Notes under the pieces: generated by a model
The model's input: only the letters and a program-made list of their open reading frames with translations
Told to the model about the DNA's origin: nothing
The model's database searches: none
Assembly (NCBI GenBank): GCA_016209985.1
Contig: JACQVB010000022.1
Span: forward strand, 1,664 to 65,663
Reading direction: 5' to 3'
Length of the DNA stretch: 64,000 nt
Source of the DNA: Gemmatimonadota bacterium
GTDB taxonomy: Bacteria > Gemmatimonadota > Gemmatimonadetes > Gemmatimonadales > GWC2-71-9
Part shown: positions 45,669 through 54,968 of the stretch, one piece after another
Position numbering within the stretch: position 1 is the stretch's first letter
How the letters are laid out: each line of letters starts with the position of its first letter
Made by a program: the position numbers and the translations under genes

Positions 45669-46691
45669 CTACGCCGTGGCGGTCGTCCCCCCCGCGAGGT
45701 GTCTGAAGTATGCCCGAACGAGCGAGTTGATGGGCGCCACCGCGTGGGTCACCAACACCGTCCGGTAGACCTCGGCGCGGGTGATCTTCACTTTGTAATT
45801 CGGGTCCAGCAGCCGCGGATCGTGTTTGGCGCGATGCAGGGTGCGGACCGCGAAATAGAGCGAGGTGAGGCAGAAAAGCCGGATGCGATACTGCGACCGC
45901 GGAAGATGGATGCAGTAGTCCAGCGCGTCCCGCAGGTGGCGACTCGCCTTGGCGATCAGGAGTTCCATCACCACCCGCGACTCGTCACGATGGGTGACAT
46001 CCTGAATCTGCTCGGGATCGATGCCCACGAGCTGGGTGAGCTGGCGCGGCACGTAACTGCGGCCGCGCTGGCGGTCGTCCGCGATGTCCTTGATGATGTT
46101 GGTCAGCTGGAGCCCCAACCCGAAGCTGGTGGCGAGGGCTTCGAGCTGCTCGCGCCTGGGGTCGGTTCCCCGCCCGTGGTGCAGCCAGAAGAGCGCGGTC
46201 AGAAGATGTCCCACGGTTCCGGCGACGTAGTAGCAATAGCGGTCCAGGTCGTCGACGCTCGACAATGCGTCGAGCCGCCCGGGTTCCGACCCTTCAATGA
46301 ACGCCGCCATGCCGGAGCACATTTCCTGGACCCACGGCCGGATCGCAGCACGTTGCGAGCGGGGCAGACGGCGGAACTCGTTCAGGACCCGGTCCGCCTC
46401 GAATGCCAGCCGCTCGTCGTCGGACGCCCGGGCCAAAAACGCTTCCCTGAGCGGATCGCCATCGGGGCCATGGTCGTCGAGGCAGCGGCTGAAATGTGCC
46501 AGCAGGCGCCGCTTCCCTTCGGCCGGCAACGGCACGGCGTCCTCGATGGTGTCGGCGACCCGGCAGAGCAGATACGCCACCAGCACCGCATAGTCCAAAC
46601 CGGGCGGAAGGAAGCGGATGCACAGCGCGAAGGTGCGCGAGACCCTCGGCAGCATGGCCCGGCAGAATGCGCGATCGGTGGACGGGAGCAT
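45669..46691 (-). CDS. Squalene/phytoene synthase family protein
   Basis: Two Asp-rich motifs, VADTIEDA and NIIKDIADD. ATG at 46691. Confidence 0.8.
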   Translation of the reverse strand: MLPSTDRAFCRAMLPRVSRTFALCIRFLPPGLDYAVLVAYLLCRVADTIEDAVPLPAEGKRRLLAHFSRCLDDHGPDGDPLREAFLARASDDERLAFEADRVLNEFRRLPRSQRAAIRPWVQEMCSGMAAFIEGSEPGRLDALSSVDDLDRYCYYVAGTVGHLLTALFWLHHGRGTDPRREQLEALATSFGLGLQLTNIIKDIADDRQRGRSYVPRQLTQLVGIDPEQIQDVTHRDESRVVMELLIAKASRHLRDALDYCIHLPRSQYRIRLFCLTSLYFAVRTLHRAKHDPRLLDPNYKVKITRAEVYRTVLVTHAVAPINSLVRAYFRHLAGGTTATA

Positions 46692-46755
46692 GATGGGAAT
46701 ATGAGCAGGTGCCGGAGAAGCCGTAAGCCGGGGCCCAACAGCGGCTATGACTCCC

Positions 46756-47256
46756 TCAGCCTCCCGCCTTAGGAACCTTTCCCTCCAAACGTTTCTTTGC
46801 TTCTGACCGCACCGCTTGGGTGAGCGAATCTCCGGGGCTTCCGGGAGACGCCACCAACTCGACCTCGCGATCGGGCACCGAGGGATCGATAGTGCTCCGA
46901 TAGACGGTTTCGACCACCAGCTGCGTTTCGCTCGGGGTGACGAGGTCGGTCCAGACACGCATCCTCACCAATCGCTCCGGGCTGGTATTGCTCCGGTGCG
47001 ATCGATGGGTGACCAGGTCGAACCACCGGGTCTCCAGGTACCCTTCGGCGGGACTGGCGGCACGCATCTGGATGCCGAGTGCCGTTACCGCATCCCGCGC
47101 GGCTTCCAGGACTGCGGCCGGGTCACCGACCACGGTGTCGACCGACGCCAGGGGGAACGGGCGGATATTGGGGCGGGTGGTGATCGACGTGCAGGAAAGG
47201 GCCAGCAAGAAAAGGGGAAGAGGGAAGAGGGAAGAGGGAAGAGTAAGGCGCGCCAA
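46756..47256 (-). CDS. Hypothetical exported protein (start uncertain; TTG 47256 proposed)
   Basis: (M)ARLTLPSSLFPLPLFLLALSC looks like a signal peptide. That segment is encoded by one arm of the 47.2-kb hairpin. Confidence 0.4.
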   Translation of the reverse strand: MARLTLPSSLFPLPLFLLALSCTSITTRPNIRPFPLASVDTVVGDPAAVLEAARDAVTALGIQMRAASPAEGYLETRWFDLVTHRSHRSNTSPERLVRMRVWTDLVTPSETQLVVETVYRSTIDPSVPDREVELVASPGSPGDSLTQAVRSEAKKRLEGKVPKAGG

Positions 47257-47332
47257 ACGGGGCTCAATGCGGACACGCCGAGCGTCGGGTTCGGCTGGCA
47301 GTACTCTTCCCTCTTCCCTCTTCCCTCTTCCC
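47215..47332. repeat. Unit-repeat hairpin with perfect 31-nt arms (GGGAAGA units)
   Basis: gggaagagggaagagggaagagggaagagta (47215-47245) is the exact reverse complement of 47302-47332. Confidence 0.9.
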
Positions 47333-47339
47333 TGTTCTT

Positions 47340-47828
47340 TCACCGTTCAGCCGGCCGCGTCGCGGTGTCCGCCCGGTCCCGCAACTCCGTCCGCAGGACG
47401 TCGCTGGGAATCCCCGCCGCGTGCCGGTAGACCATCGTTCCGCCGAGGTGGGCAAGCCACAGCATGGCCAATGCGCCGACGATCGAAACCATGGTGTAGG
47501 ACTGCCGCTCCGGTTCGCTGAAATGGTTCTTCCGCCAGACCCGCCAGCCGGCGAGGCCGGCCAGGAGAATCGTCAGCGCGATGCCCAGCGTCTCATGAGT
47601 CTCCACAATGCGCCCAACCTCGGCCGTCTGCTGGACGTTTTCCTCCGCCAACAGTCCCGATGCCAGGGCGAACACGGCGGTCACGCCGGCGGCGAGGAGA
47701 CACCAGTATCCCGCGGCGACCAGCGCTTCGCGCCGCCTCGCGACTCCCCACAAATCGAACACGACGGACGCCACGAAGAGCGCGGGCGGGAAATCATTCA
47801 ACGCGGCATGCCACTCCGCGAGCGTCAT
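47340..47828 (-). CDS. DUF2231-like integral membrane protein
   Basis: Four hydrophobic helices. The N-terminal ..FPPALFVASVVFDLW.. resembles DUF2231 from memory. Confidence 0.55.
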   Translation of the reverse strand: MTLAEWHAALNDFPPALFVASVVFDLWGVARRREALVAAGYWCLLAAGVTAVFALASGLLAEENVQQTAEVGRIVETHETLGIALTILLAGLAGWRVWRKNHFSEPERQSYTMVSIVGALAMLWLAHLGGTMVYRHAAGIPSDVLRTELRDRADTATRPAER

Positions 47829-47842
47829 GGGTGGGGTCTCAT

Positions 47843-47874
47843 GGCGTCATGCCGTTGTGCCGTCATGCCGTCGT
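47843..47874. repeat. Tandem octamers GCCGTYRT (4 units), same unit family as 33826-33897
   Basis: ggcgtcat gccgttgt gccgtcat gccgtcgt, abutting the hbd stop codon. Confidence 0.6.
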
Positions 47875-48761
47875 TAGAGTCCCAGATCCGCTACTGCCGG
47901 CGGATTGCTGGAGTAATCGTAGAACCCCTTTCCCGATTTCTTCCCGTACATCCCCGACAGCACCATACGGCGCAGCAGCGGAGGCGGAGCGTACTGCGGC
48001 TCGCGGTATTCGTTGAACATGATCTCCGCGATCTTGTACGTGGTGTCCAGGCCTACGAAGTCGAGAAGGGTGAACGGGCCCATGGGATGCCCGCACCCCA
48101 GAACCATGCCTTTGTCCATGTCCGGAACCGTGCCCACGCCGTGTTCCAGCGCCCGGATCGCGCCGAGCAGGTAGGGAACCAGCAGCAGGTTGACGATGAA
48201 TCCCGAGTTGTCCTTGGCGGCGACCGGATCCTTGCCGAGCGATTTGGCAAAGCCAAACGCGCGCTCGAACGTCGCCCTGCTGGTGGTAACCGTGCGGACG
48301 ACCTCGACCAGCTTCATCAGCGGTACCGGGTTGAAGAAGTGCAATCCGACGAACCGATCGGCGCGCTTGGTGGCCGCGGCCATGGCGGCGATGGTGAGGC
48401 TCGAGGTATTGGAGGCGAAGATCGTGTCCGGGCCGCAGAGCGCGTCCAGCTCCTTCCACAGCACGTTCTTCACGTCGAGGTCTTCCGTCACCGCTTCGAT
48501 GACGATATCGCACGGCTTGAGGTCGGCGACCTTGGTCGTGAAGCTGAGCCGGTCGAGGGTCGCGTCGCGATCGGCTCCCGGCAGTTTCCCCTTTTCGACG
48601 AACTTGTCGAGCGACTTGGCGATCCCGGCCTTCCCTTTTTCATTCAGCGCGTCGGACACTTCGCGGACGATCGTCCGATATCCCGCCTGCGCGGCCACCT
48701 GCGCGATGCCGCTGCCCATGAGGCCACACCCCAGGACGCCCACCACCTTTATGTCTGCCAT
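47874..48761 (-). CDS. hbd: 3-hydroxybutyryl-CoA dehydrogenase
   Basis: MADIKVVGVLGCGLMGSGIA NAD fold and 3HCDH N- and C-terminal domain pattern. Confidence 0.9.
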   Translation of the reverse strand: MADIKVVGVLGCGLMGSGIAQVAAQAGYRTIVREVSDALNEKGKAGIAKSLDKFVEKGKLPGADRDATLDRLSFTTKVADLKPCDIVIEAVTEDLDVKNVLWKELDALCGPDTIFASNTSSLTIAAMAAATKRADRFVGLHFFNPVPLMKLVEVVRTVTTSRATFERAFGFAKSLGKDPVAAKDNSGFIVNLLLVPYLLGAIRALEHGVGTVPDMDKGMVLGCGHPMGPFTLLDFVGLDTTYKIAEIMFNEYREPQYAPPPLLRRMVLSGMYGKKSGKGFYDYSSNPPAVADLGL

Positions 48762-48788
48762 TGGTGTCGTTTCTCCTGTGAGGATCTT

Positions 48789-48866
48789 CGTTCGGCGGTT
48801 CGGCGGGTCGGCGGGTCGCACTTCCGCGGCAAACGACCCGCCGACCCGCCCATCCGCCGACCCGCC
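48789..48866. repeat. Unit-repeat hairpin (GGCGGGTC units), 17-bp perfect stem
   Basis: ggcgggtcggcgggtcg (48802-48818) pairs with cgacccgccgacccgcc (48834-48850). Additional degenerate units lie on both sides. Confidence 0.85.
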
Positions 48867-48867
48867 C

Positions 48868-49716
48868 CTATTTTCCTGGTCCCAGTCCTTTCTTCAGCAG
48901 CTCATCCGCGATCCGGATGAACGCGCTTGGCCGCGGCCCGCGGAGCTGCGTTTCGACGTCGATCTCTCCGTGCTCCAGCCGGTCCAGGATCTGTTCCAGC
49001 GCCACGTGTACCCGTTCGATGTCCCGGTGCCGGCCACGTGCAATCGCCCCGCCGGCAAGCACCGCCAGGACCACCGGCAGCACCGCAACCGGCAGCGCTA
49101 CCCCGAGGGTGACGCCCACGGCCGTGGTGACGGCACCGGCCCCCGCGGTGGCGAAGCCGAAGGTGAGACGATCGGAGAACGTATTGCGGAGATCGGCGAC
49201 GAGGCGGACATGACACCGGCTCGCATCGAGCGGCGTCACCTGCCCGACGACCTCGCGGGCCTGGGTCAGTACGTAGGAACGGCCGCCGAAGCCCATGGCC
49301 CGGCGCAGCGAGGCCATGGCGCCCTGCTTGGGTTCCCACGACGTCTGTTGGGGATAGCGCCGCTTGACCTGGAGCAGCTCCCCCTCGTGCATCCATTGAT
49401 GGAGCGCGGCCTCGATGCGCTGGGCTTCACCCGGCACCGCGCGGGCCGCCGACACGAGCCGCGGGCCCGCCAGCCAGGCGGCGAGCCCTCGTTGTTCGAC
49501 GGTGACCGAGCGGGTGCGCTCTTCCAGGATGGCCTGCCGCAAGAATGCGTCGGGAATCCCGACGTCCTGGCCCAGCTGCAACAGGTCACGCTCGGAGAGA
49601 CCTTCGCCGATGTCCCGCTCGCTCGCCTGCAGCTCTGCGGCGCGCTGGATGATCCGCTCGACGGCTGCACGGTCGAGCAGCGGCCCGCCGGGGCCGGTGG
49701 GAAGACCCCCGGTCAT
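48868..49716 (-). CDS. Hypothetical membrane protein (C-terminal two-TM region)
   Basis: ATG at 49716 overlaps the SPFH gene stop (ATGA). Soluble N-terminal half, then [37 protein letters not shown]. Confidence 0.55.
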   Translation of the reverse strand: MTGGLPTGPGGPLLDRAAVERIIQRAAELQASERDIGEGLSERDLLQLGQDVGIPDAFLRQAILEERTRSVTVEQRGLAAWLAGPRLVSAARAVPGEAQRIEAALHQWMHEGELLQVKRRYPQQTSWEPKQGAMASLRRAMGFGGRSYVLTQAREVVGQVTPLDASRCHVRLVADLRNTFSDRLTFGFATAGAGAVTTAVGVTLGVALPVAVLPVVLAVLAGGAIARGRHRDIERVHVALEQILDRLEHGEIDVETQLRGPRPSAFIRIADELLKKGLGPGK

Positions 49717-50573
49717 TTTTTCGCCAGCAGCTCGGCCGGCGCGGCGGCGGGAATGGGAGCGGTCACCGGTGCGGTGCGGGGAACGCCGATCCCGGTGGAC
49801 GCGGGAAGCTGCTTGTCGCCTCCGCTTCTCGACTTCATCAAGTCGATGAACGGCGACAGCAGATCGAGCGGCACCGGCAGGACCAGAGTCGATTTGTTCT
49901 CGGCGGCCACCTCGACCACGGTCTGCAGGTAGCGCAGCGTCAACGCTGCCGGCTCCATGCTGATCACGTGGGCGGCCTCGGCCAGCTTTCCGGAAGCCAG
50001 GAACTCGCCCTCCGCCGCGATCACTTTGGCGCGGCGCTCGCGTTCGGCCTCGGCTTGGCGCGCCATCGCCCGCTTCATCTCGGGCGGCAGGTCGACGTCC
50101 TTGACCTCGACCGCCGAAACCTCGATGCCCCAGGCCTCGGTGCGCTGATCCACGATCTTCTTCAGGATGGCGTTGATCTTCTCCCGATCGGAGAGGACTT
50201 CGTCGAGCTGCACCTCGCCCAGCACGCTCCGCAGTGTGGTCTGGGCCAGCTGGCTCGTGGCGTACAGATAGTTCTCGATTTCGATCACCGCCAGGTCGGG
50301 GTTCTTCACCTTCATGTAGAGAACCGCGTTGACCTTGATCGAGACGTTGTCGCGCGTGATCACGTCCTGCGGCGGGATGTCCATGGCGATGGTCCGCAGC
50401 GACACTCGCATCATGTGGGAAAAGAACAGCGGCACGAACACCAGGCCCGGTCCCTTGGTGCCCCAGTACTTGCCGAGGAAGAACGTGACGCCGCGCTCGT
50501 ACTGCCGCAGCACCCGCAGGCTGCCGAACACGTAGACCAGCACGCCGGCGACGGCGAAAAAGAGCGGACTCAT
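49713..50573 (-). CDS. SPFH/band-7 (stomatin-like) protein
   Basis: N-terminal TM, then [10 protein letters not shown]..., [20 protein letters not shown] and a coiled [17 protein letters not shown]. Confidence 0.85.
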   Translation of the reverse strand: MSPLFFAVAGVLVYVFGSLRVLRQYERGVTFFLGKYWGTKGPGLVFVPLFFSHMMRVSLRTIAMDIPPQDVITRDNVSIKVNAVLYMKVKNPDLAVIEIENYLYATSQLAQTTLRSVLGEVQLDEVLSDREKINAILKKIVDQRTEAWGIEVSAVEVKDVDLPPEMKRAMARQAEAERERRAKVIAAEGEFLASGKLAEAAHVISMEPAALTLRYLQTVVEVAAENKSTLVLPVPLDLLSPFIDLMKSRSGGDKQLPASTGIGVPRTAPVTAPIPAAAPAELLAKK

Positions 50574-51778
50574 GAGTAGGCCTCCACGATGACGGCGGCG
50601 CCCTGCCCACCACCGATACACGCCGAGCCCAGACCATAGCGCTGCTTCCGTTGCCGCAGGGCGTGCAACAGATGAGCCGTGATCCGAGTGCCGCTGGCGG
50701 CCAGCGGATGACCGATGGCAATGGCGCCGCCGTGCACGTTGGTCCGATCGGGGTCCAGGGCCAGCTCTTTCTCGACCGCGAGATACTGCGGCGCGAAGGC
50801 CTCGTTGACCTCGACCAGATCCATCTGCTCCAGCTTCATGCCGGCCCGGGCGAGCGCCTTGCGCGCCGCCGGTGCCGGCCCGATCCCCATGTGCCGGGGC
50901 TCCACGCCCGCTACCGCCCACGCTACCAGGCGACCCATCGGCTTGAGGCTCTGGGCCTTCGCGAATTCCTCGCTCGCGATCACGGTCGCGGCGGCGCCGT
51001 CGCAAATTCCCGACGCGTTGCCCGCGGTGACCAGACCGTCCTTCTTGAAATAAGGCTTGAGGGAGAGCAGGACTTCGAGCGTGGTATTCGGCCGCATATG
51101 CTCGTCGGCGTGCCAGTCGATGTTCTGCCGCGTCTTCGGATCTTTGACCGGTACCGCGATCACCTCATCCTGGAAGACGCAGTCGTCCCAGGCTTTCTTC
51201 GCCCGCTGCTGGCTCCGCAGAGCTACCTGATCCACTCCCTCCCGCGTGAGCTGGTATTGCTCGGCGAGACTCTCGGCCGTTTCCGCCATCGAAAGTCCGC
51301 ACTGCGGGTCCTTGAGCGCCTCCCACAGCAGGTCCTCCAGTGGCTGGCCGGTGCCTAACCGGATCCCCCAGCGCGCGCCGCGCACCACGTGCGGCGCCTG
51401 GCTCATGGATTCGGCGCCACCGGCGAGCACGACGTTGGACTCGCCCAGCAGGATCTGCTGCGCGCCCTGGATGATGGATTCGAACCCCGAGCCGCAGAGG
51501 CGGTTGACCGTGACGGCGGGAACTTCGATCGGAAGGCCCGCACGAAGTCCTACGTGGCGCGCGAGATAGATGGCGTCGGCGGAGGTCTGCAGCGCGTTGC
51601 CGAACACGACGTGATCCACCTGCGCCGGCTCGACCCCCGAACGGGCCAATGCCTGCTTCGCTGCGATCGCGCCCAAGTCGGTTGCGGAGAACTCTTTGAG
51701 GGTACCGCCGAAGGTGCCGAAACCGGTACGGACGCCGGACAGAAACACGACGTCCAATTGTTTGCCTTGAGTCTTCAT
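50570..51778 (-). CDS. Acetyl-CoA acetyltransferase (thiolase II)
   Basis: [10 protein letters not shown] active-site Cys, [26 protein letters not shown]. Confidence 0.9.
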   Translation of the reverse strand: MKTQGKQLDVVFLSGVRTGFGTFGGTLKEFSATDLGAIAAKQALARSGVEPAQVDHVVFGNALQTSADAIYLARHVGLRAGLPIEVPAVTVNRLCGSGFESIIQGAQQILLGESNVVLAGGAESMSQAPHVVRGARWGIRLGTGQPLEDLLWEALKDPQCGLSMAETAESLAEQYQLTREGVDQVALRSQQRAKKAWDDCVFQDEVIAVPVKDPKTRQNIDWHADEHMRPNTTLEVLLSLKPYFKKDGLVTAGNASGICDGAAATVIASEEFAKAQSLKPMGRLVAWAVAGVEPRHMGIGPAPAARKALARAGMKLEQMDLVEVNEAFAPQYLAVEKELALDPDRTNVHGGAIAIGHPLAASGTRITAHLLHALRQRKQRYGLGSACIGGGQGAAVIVEAYS

Positions 51779-51907
51779 AAAGGTGCTATTCCACCTCGGG
51801 ATGCTCTATATAAAGGAAAGAACGGCTTTAACGAGGCAATATGCCCGGGGGCGCATAAGGTCGCAATGAAGTGTTCCGTAAGGGCGGGCTGGCAGCGGCT
51901 AATCGCA

Positions 51908-52966
51908 CTAGTTCGAGCCTCTTATGCGATCGTCAATCCATTTTCCAACTTCGGCTGTTCCCATTTTGCCACCCAGGTCGGAGGTACGGATCCCGGCGGC
52001 GAGCGCCTGGCCGACCCCGTCTTCGAGCCGCGTGGCGCCGGCTGCCAGTCCAAGCTCCCGCAGCAACATAGCCCCAGTCAGGATGGTCGCCATGGGGTTG
52101 GCGGTGTTCTGTCCCGCGTATTTGGGCGCCGAGCCATGCACCGGCTCAAACAGGCCGACCTTTCCGGGGTGGAGATTGCCGCTGGGGGCGACGCCCAGGC
52201 CGCCGACCAGCTGAGCGCTCAGGTCCGAAATGATGTCGCCGAACAGGTTGTTGGTCACGATCACCTGGAATTGCTCGGGTCGCTTTACCAGCTGCATCAC
52301 GAGCGCATCGATGTAATAGTGGTCGCGCTCGATGCCGGGGAACTGCTCGCCTACCTGCGCGAAGATCCGCTGCCAGATGTGATGGGCGGGAATGGCGTTC
52401 GATTTGTCGGCCATGGTGACGTGAGCCTTTCCGTGCGCTTTCGCCCATTCGAACGCGGCCCGGATGATCCGGGTGACTTTGGGTGCGGTGTGCACGTCCT
52501 CGGCGATTTGTTCTTCCTCCGGCGTGCCGACGTTGCTGGACCGGCCGCGTGCGAGGTACAACCCCTCGGTGTTCTCCCGAAAGATCACCAAGTCGATCTT
52601 GCGGTCACCCTTGAGCGGGCAGAGATCCGGATGCAGCAGCCGGCAGGGGCGGAGGTTGATGTAGAGGTCAAGCCGGAAGCGGAGGCCCAGCAGAATATCT
52701 CGCGCATGCCGCTGGTCGGGGACTCGCGGATCCCCCAGGGCGCCGACCAGGATCGCATCCACCTCGTTTTGCAGCCGCTGGAACGCGGAATCAGGCAGGG
52801 TTTCGCCGCTGCGCAGGAAATGATCCGCCCCGTAGGGCATCCGCTCCCACGCGATCGTGGCTCCGTCGATTCGCGCGGCACGCTCGATGGCGGGGATGGC
52901 CGCGTCCACGACTTCAGGACCGATACCATCACCGCCTATGACCGCGACCCGGAAGGCATTTTTCAT
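51908..52966 (-). CDS. Isopropylmalate/tartrate dehydrogenase family oxidoreductase
   Basis: VIGGDGIGPEV, FRENTEGLY, NLFGDIISD, HGSAP. Confidence 0.85.
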   Translation of the reverse strand: MKNAFRVAVIGGDGIGPEVVDAAIPAIERAARIDGATIAWERMPYGADHFLRSGETLPDSAFQRLQNEVDAILVGALGDPRVPDQRHARDILLGLRFRLDLYINLRPCRLLHPDLCPLKGDRKIDLVIFRENTEGLYLARGRSSNVGTPEEEQIAEDVHTAPKVTRIIRAAFEWAKAHGKAHVTMADKSNAIPAHHIWQRIFAQVGEQFPGIERDHYYIDALVMQLVKRPEQFQVIVTNNLFGDIISDLSAQLVGGLGVAPSGNLHPGKVGLFEPVHGSAPKYAGQNTANPMATILTGAMLLRELGLAAGATRLEDGVGQALAAGIRTSDLGGKMGTAEVGKWIDDRIRGSN

Positions 52967-53562
52967 GCTACTCGATATCCGCAGGTCACGCAGTGTCTCC
53001 AATCGAGGTCCAGCTGGGTGCCGCACTGGGGGCAATCGTGCACCCTCACATTGCCGCCGCAGTGGGGGCAGAAATTGACGGCCCGGCCGATCGGCAGCCG
53101 CCCGCTGCATTGCGGGCAGGTCTCGGGGACCACCGTCGATTCCTGGGAAACCGGCGGCACGGGCGTGGGCATCGGTCGTCGGATCTCGGGTTCGACCACC
53201 GGCGCATACGGCTCGCGGGCCTCGAGCAGTTCTTTCACCGCCTTGAAGCTCAGCCGTGCGCGTGCCGTGCCGAACGACCGGAACGCGCCGGGGTTCGGAT
53301 TGACCGAGTGTGCCTCCCGGGCGAGCGCTTCGGCGGCTTCGGCCGGCTCCACCTCGACCAAGCCCTGCTCGCCCGCGAGAAGGCGCAACAGCGTCATTTC
53401 GTAGTCTTCGTTGGTGTCAAACCGGAGCACCCCGCGATTGGTGCGGTAGGGAATGATCTTCTGGTAAAGGGCCGGCAGCTCGATCGGCTCCCGCAGGCTG
53501 TCCATGCCACTCGCGGCAAGGACCTCCACCAGGCGCTGGAACATGCGTTGGACGTCGTTCAT
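52963..53562 (-). CDS. Hypothetical protein with C-terminal double zinc ribbon
   Basis: CPQCSG..CPHCGG..CPQCG..CVTCG. ATGA overlap with the downstream gene. Confidence 0.6.
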   Translation of the reverse strand: MNDVQRMFQRLVEVLAASGMDSLREPIELPALYQKIIPYRTNRGVLRFDTNEDYEMTLLRLLAGEQGLVEVEPAEAAEALAREAHSVNPNPGAFRSFGTARARLSFKAVKELLEAREPYAPVVEPEIRRPMPTPVPPVSQESTVVPETCPQCSGRLPIGRAVNFCPHCGGNVRVHDCPQCGTQLDLDWRHCVTCGYRVA

Positions 53563-53590
53563 GTCGAGTGCGGAGTGCGGCGTGCGGAAT
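53557..53590. repeat. Tandem GTGCGGA-type units
   Basis: gagtgcggagtgcggcgtgcggaatgcggaacc, overlapping the start codon region of the zinc-ribbon gene. Confidence 0.5.
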
Positions 53591-53755
53591 GCGGAACCAG
53601 CAACGTGCGCGATGGGCAGGCGGAGCGAACGTTAAGTCGCCGCTCAAGATGCACCCGGGAGCTATCACGCAATCCGAGCGGCGACCGGAGATGAGCGAAG
53701 CCTGCCCGCTGCTCGTACCGACCGACCTGATCAGCATCCCGCGCGCGACGATGTG

Positions 53756-54256
53756 TCAGCGCCATGCTTTCTCCCACTTGTCGTACAGCACCGGCGTGAC
53801 CCCCGCGCTCGACAGCAGTTCCACGCCGCTGGGATCGCGGTAGGCTCGCCGGTAGAACACGTGCGTGACGCCCGAATTGATCATCAGCTTGGCGCACATG
53901 ACGCAGGGGCTGTTGGTGACGAAGACGACCTTGTCACGCACCGCCCCGGGGGCCTTCACCAGGGCGTTTACCTCCGAATGAATGCAGCCGCATTGGCCGG
54001 GCACGGTGGTGTCGCACCGGTTGGGCAGCCCGCGCGCGTTGCCGTTGTAGCCGATGGCGAGCACGTTCTGCAGCAGGGCATCGGTCACCACGGTGCCCAC
54101 CTGCAGCCGCACACAGGTGCTGCGTTTCCCCAGTTCCTCCGCCATGCGCATGTAGACCTCATACAGCGGGATGCGCTCGGTGTCCGGTTGAGCGCCATCG
54201 GGAAGAAGATTCAGGGGATGGTTGTTGGCGGGCACTCCGTCCTTGGACACCGTCAT
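53756..54256 (-). CDS. dCMP deaminase (ComEB-type)
   Basis: CIHSEVNAL and SPCVMCAK zinc-binding motifs. Confidence 0.8.
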   Translation of the reverse strand: MTVSKDGVPANNHPLNLLPDGAQPDTERIPLYEVYMRMAEELGKRSTCVRLQVGTVVTDALLQNVLAIGYNGNARGLPNRCDTTVPGQCGCIHSEVNALVKAPGAVRDKVVFVTNSPCVMCAKLMINSGVTHVFYRRAYRDPSGVELLSSAGVTPVLYDKWEKAWR

Positions 54257-54263
54257 CGGCGGG

Positions 54264-54965
54264 TCACTTTGCTGCTGCCAGCGCGGCGAAATCCGCGTCG
54301 GGATCATAGCCCACGAACTGGCCCTTGGTGACGCGCCGCGCCAGCCATTCGTCGAATCCCGACGGCACGGCGCCATCCGACGTGATCTGTTCCGTCGCGG
54401 CTTTCATCGCCAGGTCGTTCGCGTACTCGTTCTTGGGATTCCCCGCGTGTCCCCGGACCCAGCGCCACACCGCTTCGTGATTGCGGCTGACTTTGACCAG
54501 CGTCTGCCAGAGCTCCAGGTTCTCCAGCGCCCCGCCTTTGCGGCGCCAGGCGCGCGCTTCCCAGTTCGGGACCCACGACGTCATTCCCTTGACCAGGTAT
54601 TCGGAGTCGGACACGTACAGCACCCGAAGGCGGCGGCCTTTGCTCGAGAGCAGCGCGAACGTCGCGATTGCTCCCGCCAGGGCCATGCGATTGTTGGTGG
54701 TGTCTGGGGCCGAAATGTACACGTCGTGCCGAGTGATCCGACCGCTCACCCGAATCTCAATCAGGGAGCCGGCGCCACCCGGGGTCGCCCGGTCGCGTCC
54801 ATTGCCGAGGCAACTCTCGTCCGCGTGGACGACCGCAAGGCTGCGTACCGCCTGCGTGGATCGCGTGTTGACTGGAGCTTCGGCCGCCAGAAAGGCTCCT
54901 TGATCGGTGATCGGTGTCCGGTGCTCGGTGGTGCGGGTGGGGCCCGGACTCCTGAAACCGGACAC
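54264..54965 (-). CDS. rnhA: Ribonuclease HI with N- and C-terminal extensions
   Basis: VHADESCLGNG, SDSEYLV, WVRGHAGNPKNEYAD. Start uncertain. Confidence 0.75.
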   Translation of the reverse strand: MSGFRSPGPTRTTEHRTPITDQGAFLAAEAPVNTRSTQAVRSLAVVHADESCLGNGRDRATPGGAGSLIEIRVSGRITRHDVYISAPDTTNNRMALAGAIATFALLSSKGRRLRVLYVSDSEYLVKGMTSWVPNWEARAWRRKGGALENLELWQTLVKVSRNHEAVWRWVRGHAGNPKNEYANDLAMKAATEQITSDGAVPSGFDEWLARRVTKGQFVGYDPDADFAALAAAK

Positions 54966-54968
54966 CGG

